Source: Chiloscyllium plagiosum (taxonomy: Eukaryota). Taken from it: a stretch of DNA of 64,000 bases. The translations under genes were made by a program, and so were the position numbers. Below the pieces are notes generated by a model. It was not told the DNA's origin, did no database searches, and saw nothing but the letters and a program-made list of their open reading frames with translations. Below are positions 35,455 through 49,787 of the stretch, piece after piece. Numbering within the stretch: the stretch's first letter is position 1; each line of letters opens with the position of its first letter. The stretch is from NCBI RefSeq assembly GCF_004010195.1, contig NC_057718.1:67596408-67660407 (forward strand). Direction: 5' to 3'.

Positions 35455-36245
35455 GAGTTCGGAAAACATTTAGAAGGATATTGCCAGATTATATTAGATT
35501 AGATTACTTAGTGTGGAAACAGACCCTTCGGCCCAACCCGACCTGCCGAAGCGCAACCCACCAAGACCCATTCCCCTACATTTACCCCTTCACCTAACAC
35601 TACAGGCAATTTAGCATGGCCAATTCAACTAACTGTGGGAGGAAACCGGAGCACCCGGAGAAAACCCACGCAGACACAGGGAGAATGTGCAAACTCCACA
35701 CAGGCAGTCGCCTGAGGCGGGAATTGAACCCGTGTCTCTGGTGCTGTGAGGCAGCAGTGCTAACCACTGTGCCACCGTGCCACCCTAGAATTGAAGGATT
35801 TGAACTATAGGGAAAGGCTGAATAGGCTGGAGCTGTTTTCCCTGGAGCATCGGAGGCTGAGGGTTGACCTTGTAGAGGTTTATAAAATCATGAGGGGCAT
35901 AGATAAGATAGGCAAGGTCTTTTCCCTGGGGTGGGGGAGTCCAGAACCTGAGGGCATAGATTTAGGGTGAGTGGAAAGATTTAGAAGAAACCTAAGGGGC
36001 AACGTTTTCATGCAGAGGGTGGTGTGTGCATGGAATGAGCTTCCAGAGGATGGGGTGAAGGCTGGTACAATTGCAACATTTAAAAGGCATCTGGATGTGA
36101 ATATGAATGAGAAGGGTTTAGAGGGATATGGGCCAAGTGCTGGCAAATGGGACTAGATTAATTTAAGATATCTGGTCGGCATGGACGAACTGGACCAAAG
36201 TGTTTGTTTCCATGCTGTACAACTCTATGACTTGATGAGTCTATT
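35455..36245 (+). mobile_element. CR1/HER1 3' fragment with a nested minus-strand HE1 SINE (~35494-35785)
   Basis: FMQRVV.AWNELPE..FKRHLD motif; full SINE head and tail. Confidence 0.9.
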
Positions 36246-36649
36246 TGAGTATTTGAAATGTATCCGCAATTCCTGTAACTCTAGCCCCTGGTTTCTGACT
36301 CCTGAACTATGGAAAACATTCGTCCAACACCTTGTCTGTCCCACCCTGTTAGAATTTTAAGTTTAAACCAGATCCCCTCTTATCCTTTTAAACTCTGGCG
36401 ATACACGCCTGATCCAACCAGACTGTCTCTTTCTAGCATAGTGTACCATCCCCGGTATCAGCTTGCATTCCGTCAATGCAAGATCAGAATTGAATACAAC
36501 ACTCCAGAAGTTATCCCATCAAAGTCTTATTTAATACAGTAAGACATCCCTTCCTTTGAACTCAAATCCTCTTGCAATGTTGGCCAGATTACTATTTTAC
36601 TTTCCTAATTGCTTGCTGTATTTGCCTTTCTACTTTCTAACATAACGTA

Positions 36650-38355
36650 ACAAAGTGTAGTCAACAGAATCACAGATAATGGCACATCCCTACATGAGGA
36701 CCTCAATGCATTAGACACTCAATTTGAACAGAAGATCAGTGGAACAATATCCACCTATTCCAACGGCCTCGTATGCACCTGTACCCACCATCACTATTGC
36801 AGATGTTAAATTGGCCTTTTCAAGAGTAATCTCAGAGAAAGCGAGTGGTCCAGAATGGAGTTCTGGCTCTGCAGTCATATCCTGTAATATTTACAGACAT
36901 CTTTAACATCTCCTTACTATGTTCTGAAGCCGCCATCTGCTTCAAGAAGATCACCATCATCCTAGTACCAAAGAAACATCATGCAGCGTACGTCAATGAC
37001 TACTGTCCGGTGGCCCTGACCTCCATAATTGTAAAGTTCTAAGAAAAGGTAGGCATGGCACACATCAACTCCAGCCTCCCAGTCTGCCTTGGTCCCTTGT
37101 AGTTTGCCTACGTGTGCAACAGATCCACAACGGAAGCTATTTCTCTGGCCCTGCACTCATCCCTGGAATATCTGGATAACAAAGATACCTATGGTGGCTC
37201 AGTGGTTACCACTGCTGCCTCCCAGTGCCAGGGACCCGGGTTTGATTCCAGCCTCTGGTGACTGTGTGGACTTTGCACATTCTCCCAGTGGCTGCTTGGG
37301 TTTCCTCCTGGTGCTCTAGTTTCTTCCCACAATCCAAAGATGTGCAGGTCGGGTGAATTGTGTTCAGGGATGTGTGGGTTAGGGATAAGTTACTATTTGG
37401 AGAGTTGATGTGGACTCTATGGTTCTATGTCAGGCTCCTACTTATTGACTACAGTTCCGCCTTTAACATCATAATTCCAAATAAACTCATCTTTAAACTC
37501 AGAGACCGAGGTTTTGGCTACCCCTTCTGTAACTGAATCCTCAACTTCCTGACCCATAGACCGCAATCAGTAAGAATAGGCATCAACACCTCCTCCACCA
37601 AAGTCCTCAGCACCGGCGCCCAGTAAGGCAATATAATCAACCCTTTACTAGACTTGTTATACACACAACTGTGTGGCCAAATTCTGCCCTGACTCCATTT
37701 ATAAGTTGGCTGATGATACCATCATTGTAGGTCGGAACAGTGACAAGACAGTCCAGGAAATAGATTGAGTGCTTAGTGGCATGAAGCAATGGCAACCATC
37801 TCTCCATCAATGTCAGCAAAATGAAGCTGGCCATTGACTCCAGGAAGCAGAGTGGAGGGCAAGTCTCTGTCTGCATCAGTGGTGCTGATATGGTCAAGAG
37901 TATCAGGTTTCTGCAAGTGATGACTACCAACAATCTGTCCTGGTCCACCAAGGTCGATGTGATGGTCAAGAAAGCAGAACAATGTCTATTGCCTCAAGAG
38001 GCTAAGGAAATTTGACATGTCCGCAAGGACTCTTGCCACTTTTACAGATGTGCCATAGGTTGCTTTCTATCTGGATGTTTCACAGTGTGGTACGGCAATT
38101 GCTCTTCCCAAGAAACTATAGAGAGTTGTAAACACAGCCCAGACCATTATACAAAGCAGCCTTCCATCCATTGACTCCATCTAACTGCCCACTGACTCAC
38201 GAATGCAACCAACATACTCAAAGACCCTTTCCAATTTGGTTTTATGCTCTTCCTCTCTCTCTTCTGTCAGCTAAAAAAGATAAAAGTTTGAATACACATA
38301 TGGACAGATTCAATAACAGCTTCTTCCCTGCTGTTATCAGACTTTTGAACCTCTC
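36650..38355 (+). mobile_element. Rex1/Babar-like LINE remnant with a nested HE1-like SINE (~37191-37425)
   Basis: KITIILVPKK..NDYCPVALTS, YKLADDT, VKKAEQCL and DRFNNSFFPAVIRLLN motifs. Confidence 0.8.
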
Positions 38356-38357
38356 AA

Positions 38358-38432
38358 ATCTCTCTCTCTGTTTCTGTCTCTGTCTCTCTCTCTCTCTCTC
38401 TCTGTGTGTCTCTCTCTCTGTCTCTGTCTCTC
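38358..38432. repeat. (TC)n/(TCTG)n microsatellite
   Basis: Seen directly. Confidence 0.9.
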
Positions 38433-39394
38433 AATCAATTCTTTGGTGTACAAGGAAACCCTGAGCGCTTTGAAAATCCACATTTTCCAATGTGACACCG
38501 TTAAATCATACACTGCCTTTCTTTTCACATCAAAGTGTGTAACTTTGTGATTAGATATGTTGTATTGCACCTGCCAGGTGTTTACCCACTCACTCAACTT
38601 GTCTCAACCACCTTGAAGCTCCTTGCATCCTCTCAATTTACAATCCCAACCAGTTTTTGTCATCAAACTAGGAAGTGTTGCATTGGTTCCCTCGTCCAGG
38701 TCCTTACCCTGAAGTCACTACTACCAGTTAGAGAAAGAACATTTTATTCCCACATATTGTTTCATGTCTACCAAATTCTCAATTGATGCCAACATATTAA
38801 CCCCTATCCTGTGAGCTTTAATTTTGCTCTCTCGTATGAGGGACTTTACCAAACACTTTGTGAAATTCCAACTGAAAGCTAGTGAGGTGACATTTGTGGT
38901 TGTTTGCTGACACTGATGCATGTGCTGCTTTAAATTGCATGTGTACAGATTGAGGGGTGGGAGAAGACATCAAATGGGAGTTTGGGTTGAGAAGACATCG
39001 GATGGGAGGCCGGGGAGGGAAGAGATTGAACAGGAGTGGAGCGAGAGTGAGATTGAGGAGATTGTGGAAGAAAGAAGAGGAGAGAGCCACTTGGCTTTTG
39101 GGTTATTCTTGTGAAATGTCTCATGATGACATCAGTGCTTGGAACCAGACTTTCCCAAGTGAGCATGCATGTGTAGTTGGCTGCAGTTGTCAGGTCAGCA
39201 AGCACTCTACATTTATCATCCTCCAATCTGTAGGAAGTGCTCCAGTCTGTAGAATTTTGGAAGATGATCACTATTTCTAGGACTGCTTTTAGTATTCCAG
39301 ATGTAGATTATCGTTAATTTCCTTAGCATTATTTCATTTATTCCTTAAGTTTTAAAGTCCAAAAAATGAGAAGTATGATACAAAGGATAAAGAG

Positions 39395-40710
39395 CAAGGA
39401 TCGGTGCTGGGTCCATTATTTTTCGTCACTTATTTAAATGATTTCATGTGACTGTAAGAGGTACAGTTATTAAGTTTGCAAATGACACCAAAATTAAAGG
39501 CGCAGTGCACAGCGAAGAAGGTTAGCTCAGATTACAATGGGATCTTGATCCGATGGGCCAATGGGCTGAGAAGTGGCAAATGGAGTTTAATTTAGAAAAA
39601 CATGAGGTGCTGCATTTTGGGAAACCAAATCTTAGCAGGACTTGTACACTTAATGGTAAGGTCGTAGGAAGTGTTGCTGAACAAAGAGACCTTGAAGTGT
39701 AGGTTCATAGCTCATTGAAAGTGGAGTCGCAGGTGGATAGGATAGTGAAAAGTGTTTGGTATGCTTTTGTTTATTGGTCAGAGTGTTGAATACAGGAGTT
39801 GGGAGGTGCGGCTGTACATGACATTGGGTTAGGCCACTGTTGGAATATTGTGTGCAATTCTGATCTCCTTCCTATCGGAAAGATGTTGTGAAACTTGAAA
39901 GGGTTCAGAAAAGATTTACAAGCATGTTGCCAAGGTTAGAGAATTTGAGCTATAGGGAGAGGCTGAACAGGCTGGGGCTGTTTTCCCTGGAGCGTCGGAG
40001 GAGCGTCGGAGGCTGAGGGATGGCTTTATAGAGGTTTGTAAAATCATGAGGGGCATGGATAGGATAAATAGACAAAGTCTTTTCCCTGGGGTTGGAGAGT
40101 CCAGAACTAGTTTAGGGTGAGAGGGGAAAGATATTTGTGGGCGGCACGGTGGCACAGTGGTCAGCACTGCTGCCTCACAGCGCCAGAGACCCAGGTTCAA
40201 TTCCCTCCTCAGGCGACTGTGTGGAGTTTGCACATTCTCCCCGTGTCTGCGTGGGTTTCCTCCGGGTGCTCTGGTTTCCTCCCACAGTCCAAAAATGTGC
40301 AGGTTAGTGACTTGGCCAAGCTAAATTGCCCGTAGTGTTAGGCGAAGGGGTTAATGTAGGGGGGAATGGGTGTGGGTGGGTTGCGCTTTGGCGGTTCGGT
40401 AAGGACTCGTTGGGCCGAAGGGCCTGTTTCCACACTAAGTTATCTAATCTAATATAAAAGAGACCTAAGGGGCAACTTTTTCATGCAGAGGGTGGTACGT
40501 ATATGAAATGAGCTACCAGAGGAAGTGGTGGAGGCTGGTACAATTACAACATTTAAAAAGGCATTTGGATGGGTATATGAATAGGAAGAGTTTGGAGGGA
40601 TGTGGGCCGGGTGCTGGCAGGTGGGACTAGATTGGGTTGGGATATTGGTCAGCGTGGACGGGTTGAACTGAAGCGTCTGTTTATGTGCTGTATATCTCTG
40701 ACTCTGTGTA
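39395..40710 (+). mobile_element. CR1/HER1 3' fragment with a nested full HE1 SINE (~40138-40452)
   Basis: QGSVLGP, KFANDTK and WQMEFN motifs; the SINE interrupts gaaagatat|aaaagagacc. Confidence 0.92.
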
Positions 40711-41309
40711 GACTGACTGAACAAGTTCTGATGGTTTTCTTTGGAGGAGATATCTGAGGAGATTTGTTGGAGCTATTTGAAATTGTGGGGTTTAGGCAAG
40801 AGTAAATAGGGGAAAATGGGTAAGATTAAGAGCAAAAGGGGATTGATAATTGGCAAAAGACGTTTTCACACAATGAGTGATTATGATCTGGACTGCTCTG
40901 CTTGAGTACGCTTCAATCTAACCATTCAAAAGAGAATTGAATTATTAACTGTAAAGGAAGAATATACAAGGCTATGAGGAGAAGGTTAGGGAGTGATACT
41001 ATGAATTACATCAGTGGAAAGTTAGCACAAACATGACAAGCTGAAAGTCAGTCTTTATGATTTTACCATTCTGAGATTTTAACATTTCTAGTCTAGAGGT
41101 TAAACCATGTCCTTTGGTGTGTATGCGTAATTTTAATACAGTATACAATGTCGAGATTCGAATGATATTTTTAATCAACTTGTTGAGATATTTTATAACA
41201 ACCTGTGGAGCAGGTGTGACTTGAAATTGGGGACTTTCTGGCCCAGAGGGTTTGGGATACTACCATGCTGTCACCAGAACCCAAAAATGTGAAATATGTT
41301 CGAAGATTG

Positions 41310-41755
41310 AGGAGCAAAAAGTCTCATTTACACACACCTTTCCCAACCACCAAATGTCTCCAAATATTATTCTGCCAATGAAATGTTTTTTGATGAGTTG
41401 TAACTTTTGCAGTGTAGGAAACAGCAGTCAATTTGTGCACAAGTTTCTACAAACAATGGCATAAAAATGATCAGATAATGTAATCTTATAGTGTTGTTTG
41501 ATTGAGAGATAAATGTTGGCCAAAGCACTGGGGATGTCAGCCTCAGCTGGGAGTCATGTTACAGGATCTTTTGCATTCACCTGAATGGCTGAATGGTACC
41601 TTAATTTAAGACTTTATTCAAAAATGGCAGCTCCAGTAGGCCAGCTCTCCTCCGGATTGAAGCATCAGTGAGATTGTTGTGCACAAGTCTTGGAGTAGAA
41701 ATTGAATCCACAACTTTTGATGCTGAGAAAAGAATGCGACCAGTTGAACCACAGT
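41310..41755 (-). mobile_element. Deu-domain SINE
   Basis: Reverse-complement similarity to 24230-24600 (gataaatgttggcca, ggatctttt). Confidence 0.65.
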
Positions 41756-41939
41756 TCAAACTTGCTAACACTGATTGCCACTATATCGGTACTATTGAAC
41801 AGCAGTCAGTGAGCTAATAAGTTGTAATAAGGTGCAGATTTGCGCATCTGAATCATCATTTTGATCGTTCTAATATTTTACTCCCTTTTGAAATACTTTC
41901 AAGTCAATCTACTGTTTATCTTGACGGTATTTTTAAGAG

Positions 41940-42068
41940 GAGAAAGTGAGGTCTGCAGATGCTGGAGATCAGAGCTGGAAATGTGTTGCTGGAAAAGCGC
42001 AGCAGGTCAGGCAGCATCCAGGGAACAGGAGAATCGACGTTTCGGGCATAAGCCCTTCTTCAGAGTTA
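41940..42068 (-). mobile_element. Family-A hammerhead-headed element, identical to the 23.7-kb copy over ~125 bp
   Basis: 11-bp TSD atttttaagag at 41929-41939 and 42069-42079; hammerhead at ~42032-42063. Confidence 0.9.
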
Positions 42069-42689
42069 ATTTTTAAGAGTTAATCACAAATCTTGGTTTC
42101 ACATGGCAATTGGATAGCTTAGTGGGATTTCACATTAACTGTAGTATATGCTGTATTTTATTAGTGAACAGTCCAGGTGTCCAGTGCTATTTTGCTTTGT
42201 TTTATTGTTTCCACCTATATCTACTTCTGTTCCTATTGAATGTGATATTTTGCATTTGGCATAAAATTGAACTTAACCAAGTACTGATCTAATTTGAATA
42301 GTATGTGTTCTGGTTCGGAACACAATTTCCCTTCAGCTGTTTGAATCAAACTCCTCCGATATTGCACTTGCAGATGAAAAGTGAACTTCCCTCCTCTCTG
42401 CTCCAAATTTGCTTGAAACTCAAAAACAAAATCTCCTTTTGTAATTGGGAACTTGATTTGTACAGAATTATAATTATACAAAAAAAGGCCATTTGACCCA
42501 TCATGTCTGCATGAGTGGCTTCACAGGAACTATCCTGTAACCATTGAGATTGAAATTATGCATTGGTAGTTCAAATCTATGCTTGCAGCTAAGTGGCACA
42601 GGATTGTTAACTGATTTCATTGAGTACTCTTGCAGGGAGTAGAAAAAAAGAGAGATTTTCAGTTCAGCGAGTTTTGTTAACATCCATTG

Positions 42690-43510
42690 CCTGCGTCCTT
42701 CCATCTGTGGAAAGTATCCAAAGCGCAACTATGTATTTCAGATAATGTCTGTATGATGCATCTTTGGCTGAAGAAACCATTCTTCTGCTGTAAGTGCTGT
42801 ACAAAAAACTGAGGTGATATTGTGGGTTGTTGTTTGAGGTGTTGGCATCACTTGTGCTGAGCAACTGTCACTACTGGTCATCCTGTTACAAGCCACTCTA
42901 CAGGAGATGTTACTATTTTCCTCTGTCGTCAGTTCTTCAGCAAGTGCATCACCTCAAGACATGCTTGCAAGCATTCTTGATATTAAGTCTGGGCATTCAT
43001 ATAAATGTACAACTCTGCCTCCCTCATTATACTGCAGTCCCTGTTAATGAGTGCCATCAAACTTGGGAAACACTGTTTTTGACTGAACTTCTGCGTTTGT
43101 GACTTTGTGCTCCTAGAATGTGCTGCAAGCAACGAAGGTTGAAATTGTTGACCTTTTCCTGATAACTGTAAGTGTCCATGTTTCAAGGTGTTGCAAACAG
43201 GCTATCAACTCAGCCGTAAGGGTGAGTGTGCAATTATTTTGTGAGATTTGTAAAGTAGCCAAACATGAAAGCTGTATTGAATAGTGCCTCAAGAGATGGA
43301 TCGCCTTTATGTCATTGTGGTTTTGGGGAGGCAGAATTTGCTAATTGTTTCCAGTGGGGCGTCATTTTGTATGATCAGAGGCTGAGGCATAGTACCCTGC
43401 CCACTATTATCTTGATCCTTATAGTCTGAGAAAACAGTTGATACGTTATTGCAGAGTACCTGCATTCTGGCACAACAACAGCATAAAGGAGTGCACTGAT
43501 CAGGATGTGA
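42690..43510 (-). mobile_element. RTE-like LINE remnant (related copy ~47230-47990)
   Basis: Both loci share ggagtgcactgat and ctga.gcat.g.accctg; LISALLY-like motif. Confidence 0.5.
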
Positions 43511-43885
43511 TATGCCTTTGCTCTTTGGTGATATTTTTGGTTGGAATACAGTGATCATTTGTATTCTTGTCTCTTAGCACCCGGCCCCCAGCTTCCTTAA
43601 ATATAACCAATGTATTTTCTTGGCCTTGGTATGTCAGTTTCCATTTGAACTGTAAAGCCAGTAATTGGAAGAACAATCTTCCAAGACTGGTAAAGTCTTC
43701 ACTTTTACTTTCCTTTATTGTTTGGCTCCCAACCTTGCCATCCCATAAAATTTACTCTCTGATCAAGGTGACAACTACTCACTAATGTGTTTCCATGCCA
43801 ATTCTAAATTCTTTGATTCAGAATTTCATGTAAACTTGTGTCCAAAACAGCATTATTTTGCACTGGGAATAACATTAAAACAAAT

Positions 43886-44233
43886 GGGCAGCATGGTGGC
43901 TCAGTGGTTAGCACTGCCTCACAACGCCAGGGACACAGGTTCGCTTTCATCCTCTGGTGACTTTGTGTGGAGCTTGCAAACACCCTGTGTTTGAGTGGGT
44001 TTCCTCCGAGTACTCCGGTTTCCTCCCACAGTACATATATCTGCAAGTTAGGGGGATTGGCTGTGCTAAATTGCCCATCTTGTCCAGGGATGTGCAGGCT
44101 AGGTGGATTAGCTATGGGAAATGCAAGCCTATGGGCATAGGGCAGGCGCATGGGTCTGGGTGGGATGCTCTTTTGAGGTTCGGTGTGGACTGGACGAGCC
44201 AAAAGGCTTGTTTCCGCACTAGGGATTCTATGA
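43886..44233 (+). mobile_element. HE1-type V-SINE variant
   Basis: gggcagcatggtggctcagtggttagcactgc head, V-domain and tail. Confidence 0.85.
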
Positions 44234-44279
44234 TAAACAGTCACTGTGATGAGGAGTAAATTGAGTAGCAACTCTTACC

Positions 44280-45240
44280 ATCTACAAAAATGGTGCTCTA
44301 ACTCCATCACACTGAGCACGGGAGCTCCCCAGGGCTGTATGCTCAGTGCACTGCTGTTCACCCTGCAGATGCACAGGTCGAATCACATCATCAAGTTTGC
44401 TGATAGGGCTGTAGTGGGTCTCATCAGCAAGAACGATAAGTCAGCATATAGGTGGTGCAGCAGCTAATGGACTCTGAATGTGGACAAGATGAAAGAGATG
44501 GTTGTTGACTTCAGGAGGGCATGGAGCAACCACTCTCTGCTGGACATCAGCACCCCTGTGGAGATCATGAAGAGCACCAAATTTCTTGGCATGCTCCTGG
44601 CGGAGAATCTCACCTGGATCCTCAACACCAGCTCTGTAGCCAAGAAAGCTCAGCAGAGTCTCTACTTACAGCGCAGACTGAGCAAAGCCCACCCCCCATC
44701 TTCACCACATTCTACAGAGGGTTCATTGAGAGTACCCCGAGCTGCTGCATCACTGCCTGGTTTGGGAAGTGCCCAGTCTTGGATCGTAAGACCCTACAAT
44801 GGATGGTGAGGACAGCTGAGAAGATCATTGAGGTCTGTCTTCCCTCCATTACAGACGTTTACTCCACATGCTGTATCGAAAAGGCTAATAGCAGTGTGGA
44901 AGACCCCACAAACCCCTCATTCAAGCTCTACTCCCTCTTGCCATCTGGCAGAAGATACTGGAGCTTACAGTCTCTCACGGCCAGACTGTGCAACAGTTTC
45001 TTCTCCTTAACACAATATAATCGGACTCTATTCCTCATCTGAAATTCTTTCCAATTGCTGGTAGAAAAATGTCTATCATTCATCATTCTTCTATTGCACT
45101 GTAACTTGCATGTTTTGCACTTCTTAGGCACTTCATGCCTTATACAATTGTGTATTTTGTGTTGTCAACGTACTGAAGGAATGCTGTCTCGTTTTTACTG
45201 TATCAGTTGTATATGGTAGAAATGACAAAAGCTGCTCTAC
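44280..45240 (+). mobile_element. Rex1/Babar-like LINE 3' remnant
   Basis: LSTGAPQGCMLS, IKFAD, KKAQQSLY, FYRG.IES, LLPSGRRY and RLCNSFF motifs. Confidence 0.85.
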
Positions 45241-45299
45241 TCTGGCACCTCACCAAGAGAGTTAACATGCCATGCTTCTCCACTAATTACCTAAAGGTA

Positions 45300-46640
45300 T
45301 GGGGAGCCATCCAACAAGAATAAAAGTGTTTCAGCTTTTCATGCAGTAAGGAAATTGGCAATCATGCCATTATCATAGATGTATTTCACTCCTCTCCATT
45401 GTAGGCAATAACTTGTCAATTTCCTTTAAAACTGCTTATTGCAACATCTTTATCAGGATTTGCTGCCAGAGAATCTGTGCAACTTCAGCGAAAGTCATGG
45501 GATCACTGATCTGCTGTTTTGATTTAGACACTCCGGGCAAAATGCCAAGAACAATACATGAACATTAACACCACTTGTTGACCTGGCCAAGGTCTTTGAT
45601 GCAGTCAGTTGTGAGGGGCCTTTGGGAATAATTTGCTTCCCCTGAAATTTCTCCACAATGGTTTGACAGTTCCATGAGCCATGGATGATATTGAGTTTCC
45701 TCATCCATTCCCAATCACTAATGGAGTTAAACAGAGCTGGCTGCTAATGTTAGTCCTCTTCATGTTTTTCCCTGCCATGCTCTGTCTTTTTGATGCCAAG
45801 TTCTCACAATCTGATATTGTGTGGATGGAACATAGTTCAATCTCTGATTACTTCAGGCAAATATCAAGATCTCCAAAGGCGTACTTTGGTTTCCTGTTTA
45901 GTAATGACTAGCTTCCATTTAAAAGTGGATATGCAATATGGCATCAACAGATTTTCAGTCCATGGTCAGAACCTGTCAGCAGTGGATAGGATTGCACATC
46001 TCAGCAACACATTCTTGATCTGTCTAATGTTGATGACAAGGCATGCAAGAATTGCCAAAGCAAATGTACCCTCTAACAGACTTCAAATATCAGTCTGGGA
46101 ATGAAACGAAGCAAGTCTGACTCCAAAGCTGAAAGTTTATAGAATAGTAGCCCTGTCTATGGTGCTGTACACAGGGAAGGTGTCTACCAGTATTGTCAAA
46201 TAAATCTCAACCATTTTTACTTCAGTTGCCTTCAGATGACAGACACTGGAGCTCATCTGAACTGGATTAGACATCCTCTCTGGCAAGAGTTCCACAATTC
46301 AGTTGAGTTGGTCATATTAACAAGAATGACTGACCCTTGCTTACCAAATCGTACCTTTTGTCATAAGTTTGAGTTTCTGGTGTGCTGTTCTGCCAGTTTA
46401 AAGCCAGGTGCTATAAGAATGTTCTGAAGGCTTCAGTTTAGAATTTGATATTTACTCATTCTGGATGGCTGCACCTGGTGCAACCAAATAAAAAAAATTA
46501 TTGCAGCCCCCCCCCACTGTTGAAGGACATGCACAAAAAAAATGCAAGGAAAGGAAATCCTGAGCCAGCAGCTCACCCAATACTCAATTGTCATTGGTAT
46601 TTTACTTAATTTGCAGCAGAATCTATGAGGCACAGATTAG
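45300..46640 (+). mobile_element. RTE-clade LINE remnant
   Basis: DLAKVFDAVS, FPITNGVKQ, RIAKA..RL..VW and KLKVYR motifs. Confidence 0.7.
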
Positions 46641-48159
46641 CCTTAACAATCATCTATGTGTGTTCCGAATATGTCAGATGACAAACATGGTCACTTTCAT
46701 CTCAAGACAAACCAGAGTCCTTTTGAAAACTGTCAGAAAAGGTTAGAGCTTGTCCTTCAGGTGTTTGAATTTTATAGCTTGATAAATCTTAATTACTTTC
46801 AAATAACCCCTAGCACTGCTACTTTTACAAGTCTTATTCTTTCAGGTAAGAATTATTGTTGGAGTTGTCATTTGCCTTTTTCTTAATCTCATTTTGCCTT
46901 CTATTGCTCTTTCTATGCATGTTACAGGTGAGTTAAATATTCAAACTTTCTGTTTGAATGTCCCCGTAAGGATTCATCAGGTGAAAACTTCAGTGATAAC
47001 TCTGGGAAGCTGTATGTGTAACAAATGATGCTTTTTTTCTGCTGACAGCAAGATCCAGATTCATGCAAGTTAGAAACTAGCTTGAAATGTTGTGCTTAGT
47101 GTGTAATTTTATGGTGCATAGCACTCATATTTGGAACATTTGACTTGGGTCGGTTAAAAACTACAGGATACAAGTAATGTGAGCTTCACAGTAGTATTGT
47201 TGCTTGATGAACTTCTTAAATATATTGTTGGCTCCCCTTGATTGGCGAATGGCATCTACTCAGGGTTGTAAGCTTCACCTGTGGATCTTCAAGTGATTAG
47301 AACAGGCTAATTCTCAACCCACAGATCTTTGGGCATGTGGGGCAGAATGTTCCAGGAGGCAGTGGGATCCAGAGTGTAAGATTTGCTGTCTGTCCTTTCC
47401 TGTGTCAGCACTCTGCCTCATGAAAGCTTTCAGACTGAAAGCATGTTTCAACATGAATAAGTTGTTGCCGTTTTGGATGATTAATTGCAAGCTCTTCCTA
47501 GTCATTAATGTTGATGTTGCTGTGTTTCGATGAGAGCTTGAATGTCTTTGTACCATTTTCTTTGTCTTCGAGAAGTTTTAACCACTTGTAAGGAAAAAAA
47601 GCAATGTAATGGGGCAAAGTCTTGGCATGTTTTTCTATCTGAACACTGTCTAGGTCGTCATAATTGATTTTCCAGTAGTTTTGTCTGACTACTTGTACAC
47701 TTGGCTTCGGCAAGAACACTGACATTTTACTCAATAGCTCTTCCATTGAATCAGGAGCTGAAGCATGGCACCCTGTCCCATGACCACTGTTGTCTTGACA
47801 TTTAGAGTCTGAGGAAACAACACGTGATAGGCATGAGTTCTGTGGGTGACTAGCACAACAACATAGAGGAGTGCACTGATTGGGATGAAGAATATGGTGG
47901 AAGCATTGCACTCTTGTGTATTGATGCACAGTGTTGCTGTATTACATAAGTGTGATAATGACAACTGCTGTGTAAATTGTGACTAGTTCACTTGCTGTCG
48001 TCAAACACTTTATGCCATATTTTGTAGGAGGGCGGGTTGGCACAGTTGATCCAGTATTGTATGTCCATGTCAGTTGGTACCTTTTTTTTTGTGAGAAAAG
48101 TAGTTGCTAAGGTATGGGAAGTGCTCAACATAATCCAGTGATTTTCTTTCAACACACAT

Positions 48160-49295
48160 AGGATGGATGTTGTTTACATGGACTTCAGCAAGGCCTCTGA
48201 CAAGGTCTGTCAAGGCAGGCTGATACAAAAGGTGAAGTCACCTATGATCCGCTGTGAGTAGGTAAGATGAATGCAAAACTGCTTAGTTATAGAAGACTGA
48301 GTGTCGTGATGTGAAGAGTATTTTTCTGACTGGAGGTCAGTGACCAGTAGTGTTCCATAGAGATCAAAGCTGCGACCCCTGATGTTTGCAATGTATATAA
48401 ATAATTTGGAGGAGAATGATTAGTACACTTGTGGACGATACAGATTGGGAGAGCTGTGGATAGTGAGGAGGATTGCTGGTGGAAACAGCAGGATGTACAT
48501 AAGATATCGATAGGATGGAGAAAAGACAGTGCTGTTTAATCTGGATAAATGCAAAGTGATGCATTTTGGAAGGTCTAATGCAGGACGGAAGTGCACAGTA
48601 AATGGCAGAATCCTTAGAAACATTAACATAAGGAGAGATTTGGGCATACAGTTCCACAGTTCTCAGAAAGAGGCAACATTTGGATAAGATGTTCAAGAAG
48701 GCATATAGTGTGCTTGCCTTTATTGTTCAGAGCATCGAATATAAAAATAAGCAAGTTGTGTTGCAGTTGCATTGAACTATAGTTAGGCTACATTTAGAAA
48801 CTTGCATACAGTTCTGGTTGCAACACTACCCAAAGGATGCGTAGGTTTTGGAGAGGGTACAGAAATGGTTTACCAGGATGTTGTCTGGTTTGGAAATTAT
48901 TAGCTATGAGGGGGGATTAGACAAACTTGGTTTGTTTTCAGTTGAACACTGGAGGCTGGAGGAGTATGAATAGAATGGATAGTTAGTCTTTTTGCCAGGA
49001 TAGAAATGTCAATTGCTGGGGCCATGGGTTTAAGAAAAAGAGGGAAAGTTTTTAATGGAGATAAGAGACAAGTTTTATTTTAACCCAGAAGGTGATAAGT
49101 GCCTGGAATGTTCTGCTAAAGGAGACAGTGGAAGCAGTTAGAATGGCAACATTTAAGTGGCACCTGATTGACGTATGAATAGGCAGGGAATAGAAGGATA
49201 TGGGCCACTGAGAGGCAAGGGACTGGTGGTTGAGAAAGGTGCCAGATGTCTGTGCAGCCTTCGTGAGCTAAAGGGCTTGATCCTGTGCTGTACTG
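48160..49295 (+). mobile_element. CR1 LINE remnant
   Basis: DVVYMDFSKA.DK through FN.DKCKVMHFG to the 3' tail. Confidence 0.85.
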
Positions 49296-49787
49296 TTCTT
49301 GATTCTTTGATTAGATGAAGGTTCATGAATACCTGATCTTCAAAGAATGATCTGTAAAGCCTGAACTTGCTGAATTGAAGTGTTTAGTCAGGTCAAATGC
49401 AGTGAAGAGTTCCTTCTGGTGTTGTAAGTATGTTCCTTGCATTTGTCTGAGGAAGGCGGATATATCCGATGTTGCTCTGGAAGTACTTAAAGGCACATTA
49501 TCTCAGGCAGGAATTTCTTAGCCATAGGAAGGGGGAATTTCAGGTAAGTGTGTGTCATGACTTTGCTTGCTATGGCAAACTGGGAAGTCCCTTCATTGTT
49601 TTCCATCATACGATTCTCCTTGAAGGTAGTTATAGTAATTGTACTCCTGTACTTCTTTCACCTCCCCAATCCTCTTAAATACATCAGTTTGAATTTTGCA
49701 GGGGGAGTAGCAAAAGAGCTTGACTATTGATTGTTAAAATAATGAAAGCAAGCTGGTGACTTAGGGGACTGATGATATAATTAATTC

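Noticed and set aside
38940..39230. Purine-rich stretch with a gagaagacatc repeat and a 107-aa ORF
   Set aside because: No recognisable protein; possibly a decayed LINE 5' region.
49500..49550. Strong donor-like CAG|GTAAGT
   Set aside because: No ARID1B-like reading frame or convincing acceptor upstream.
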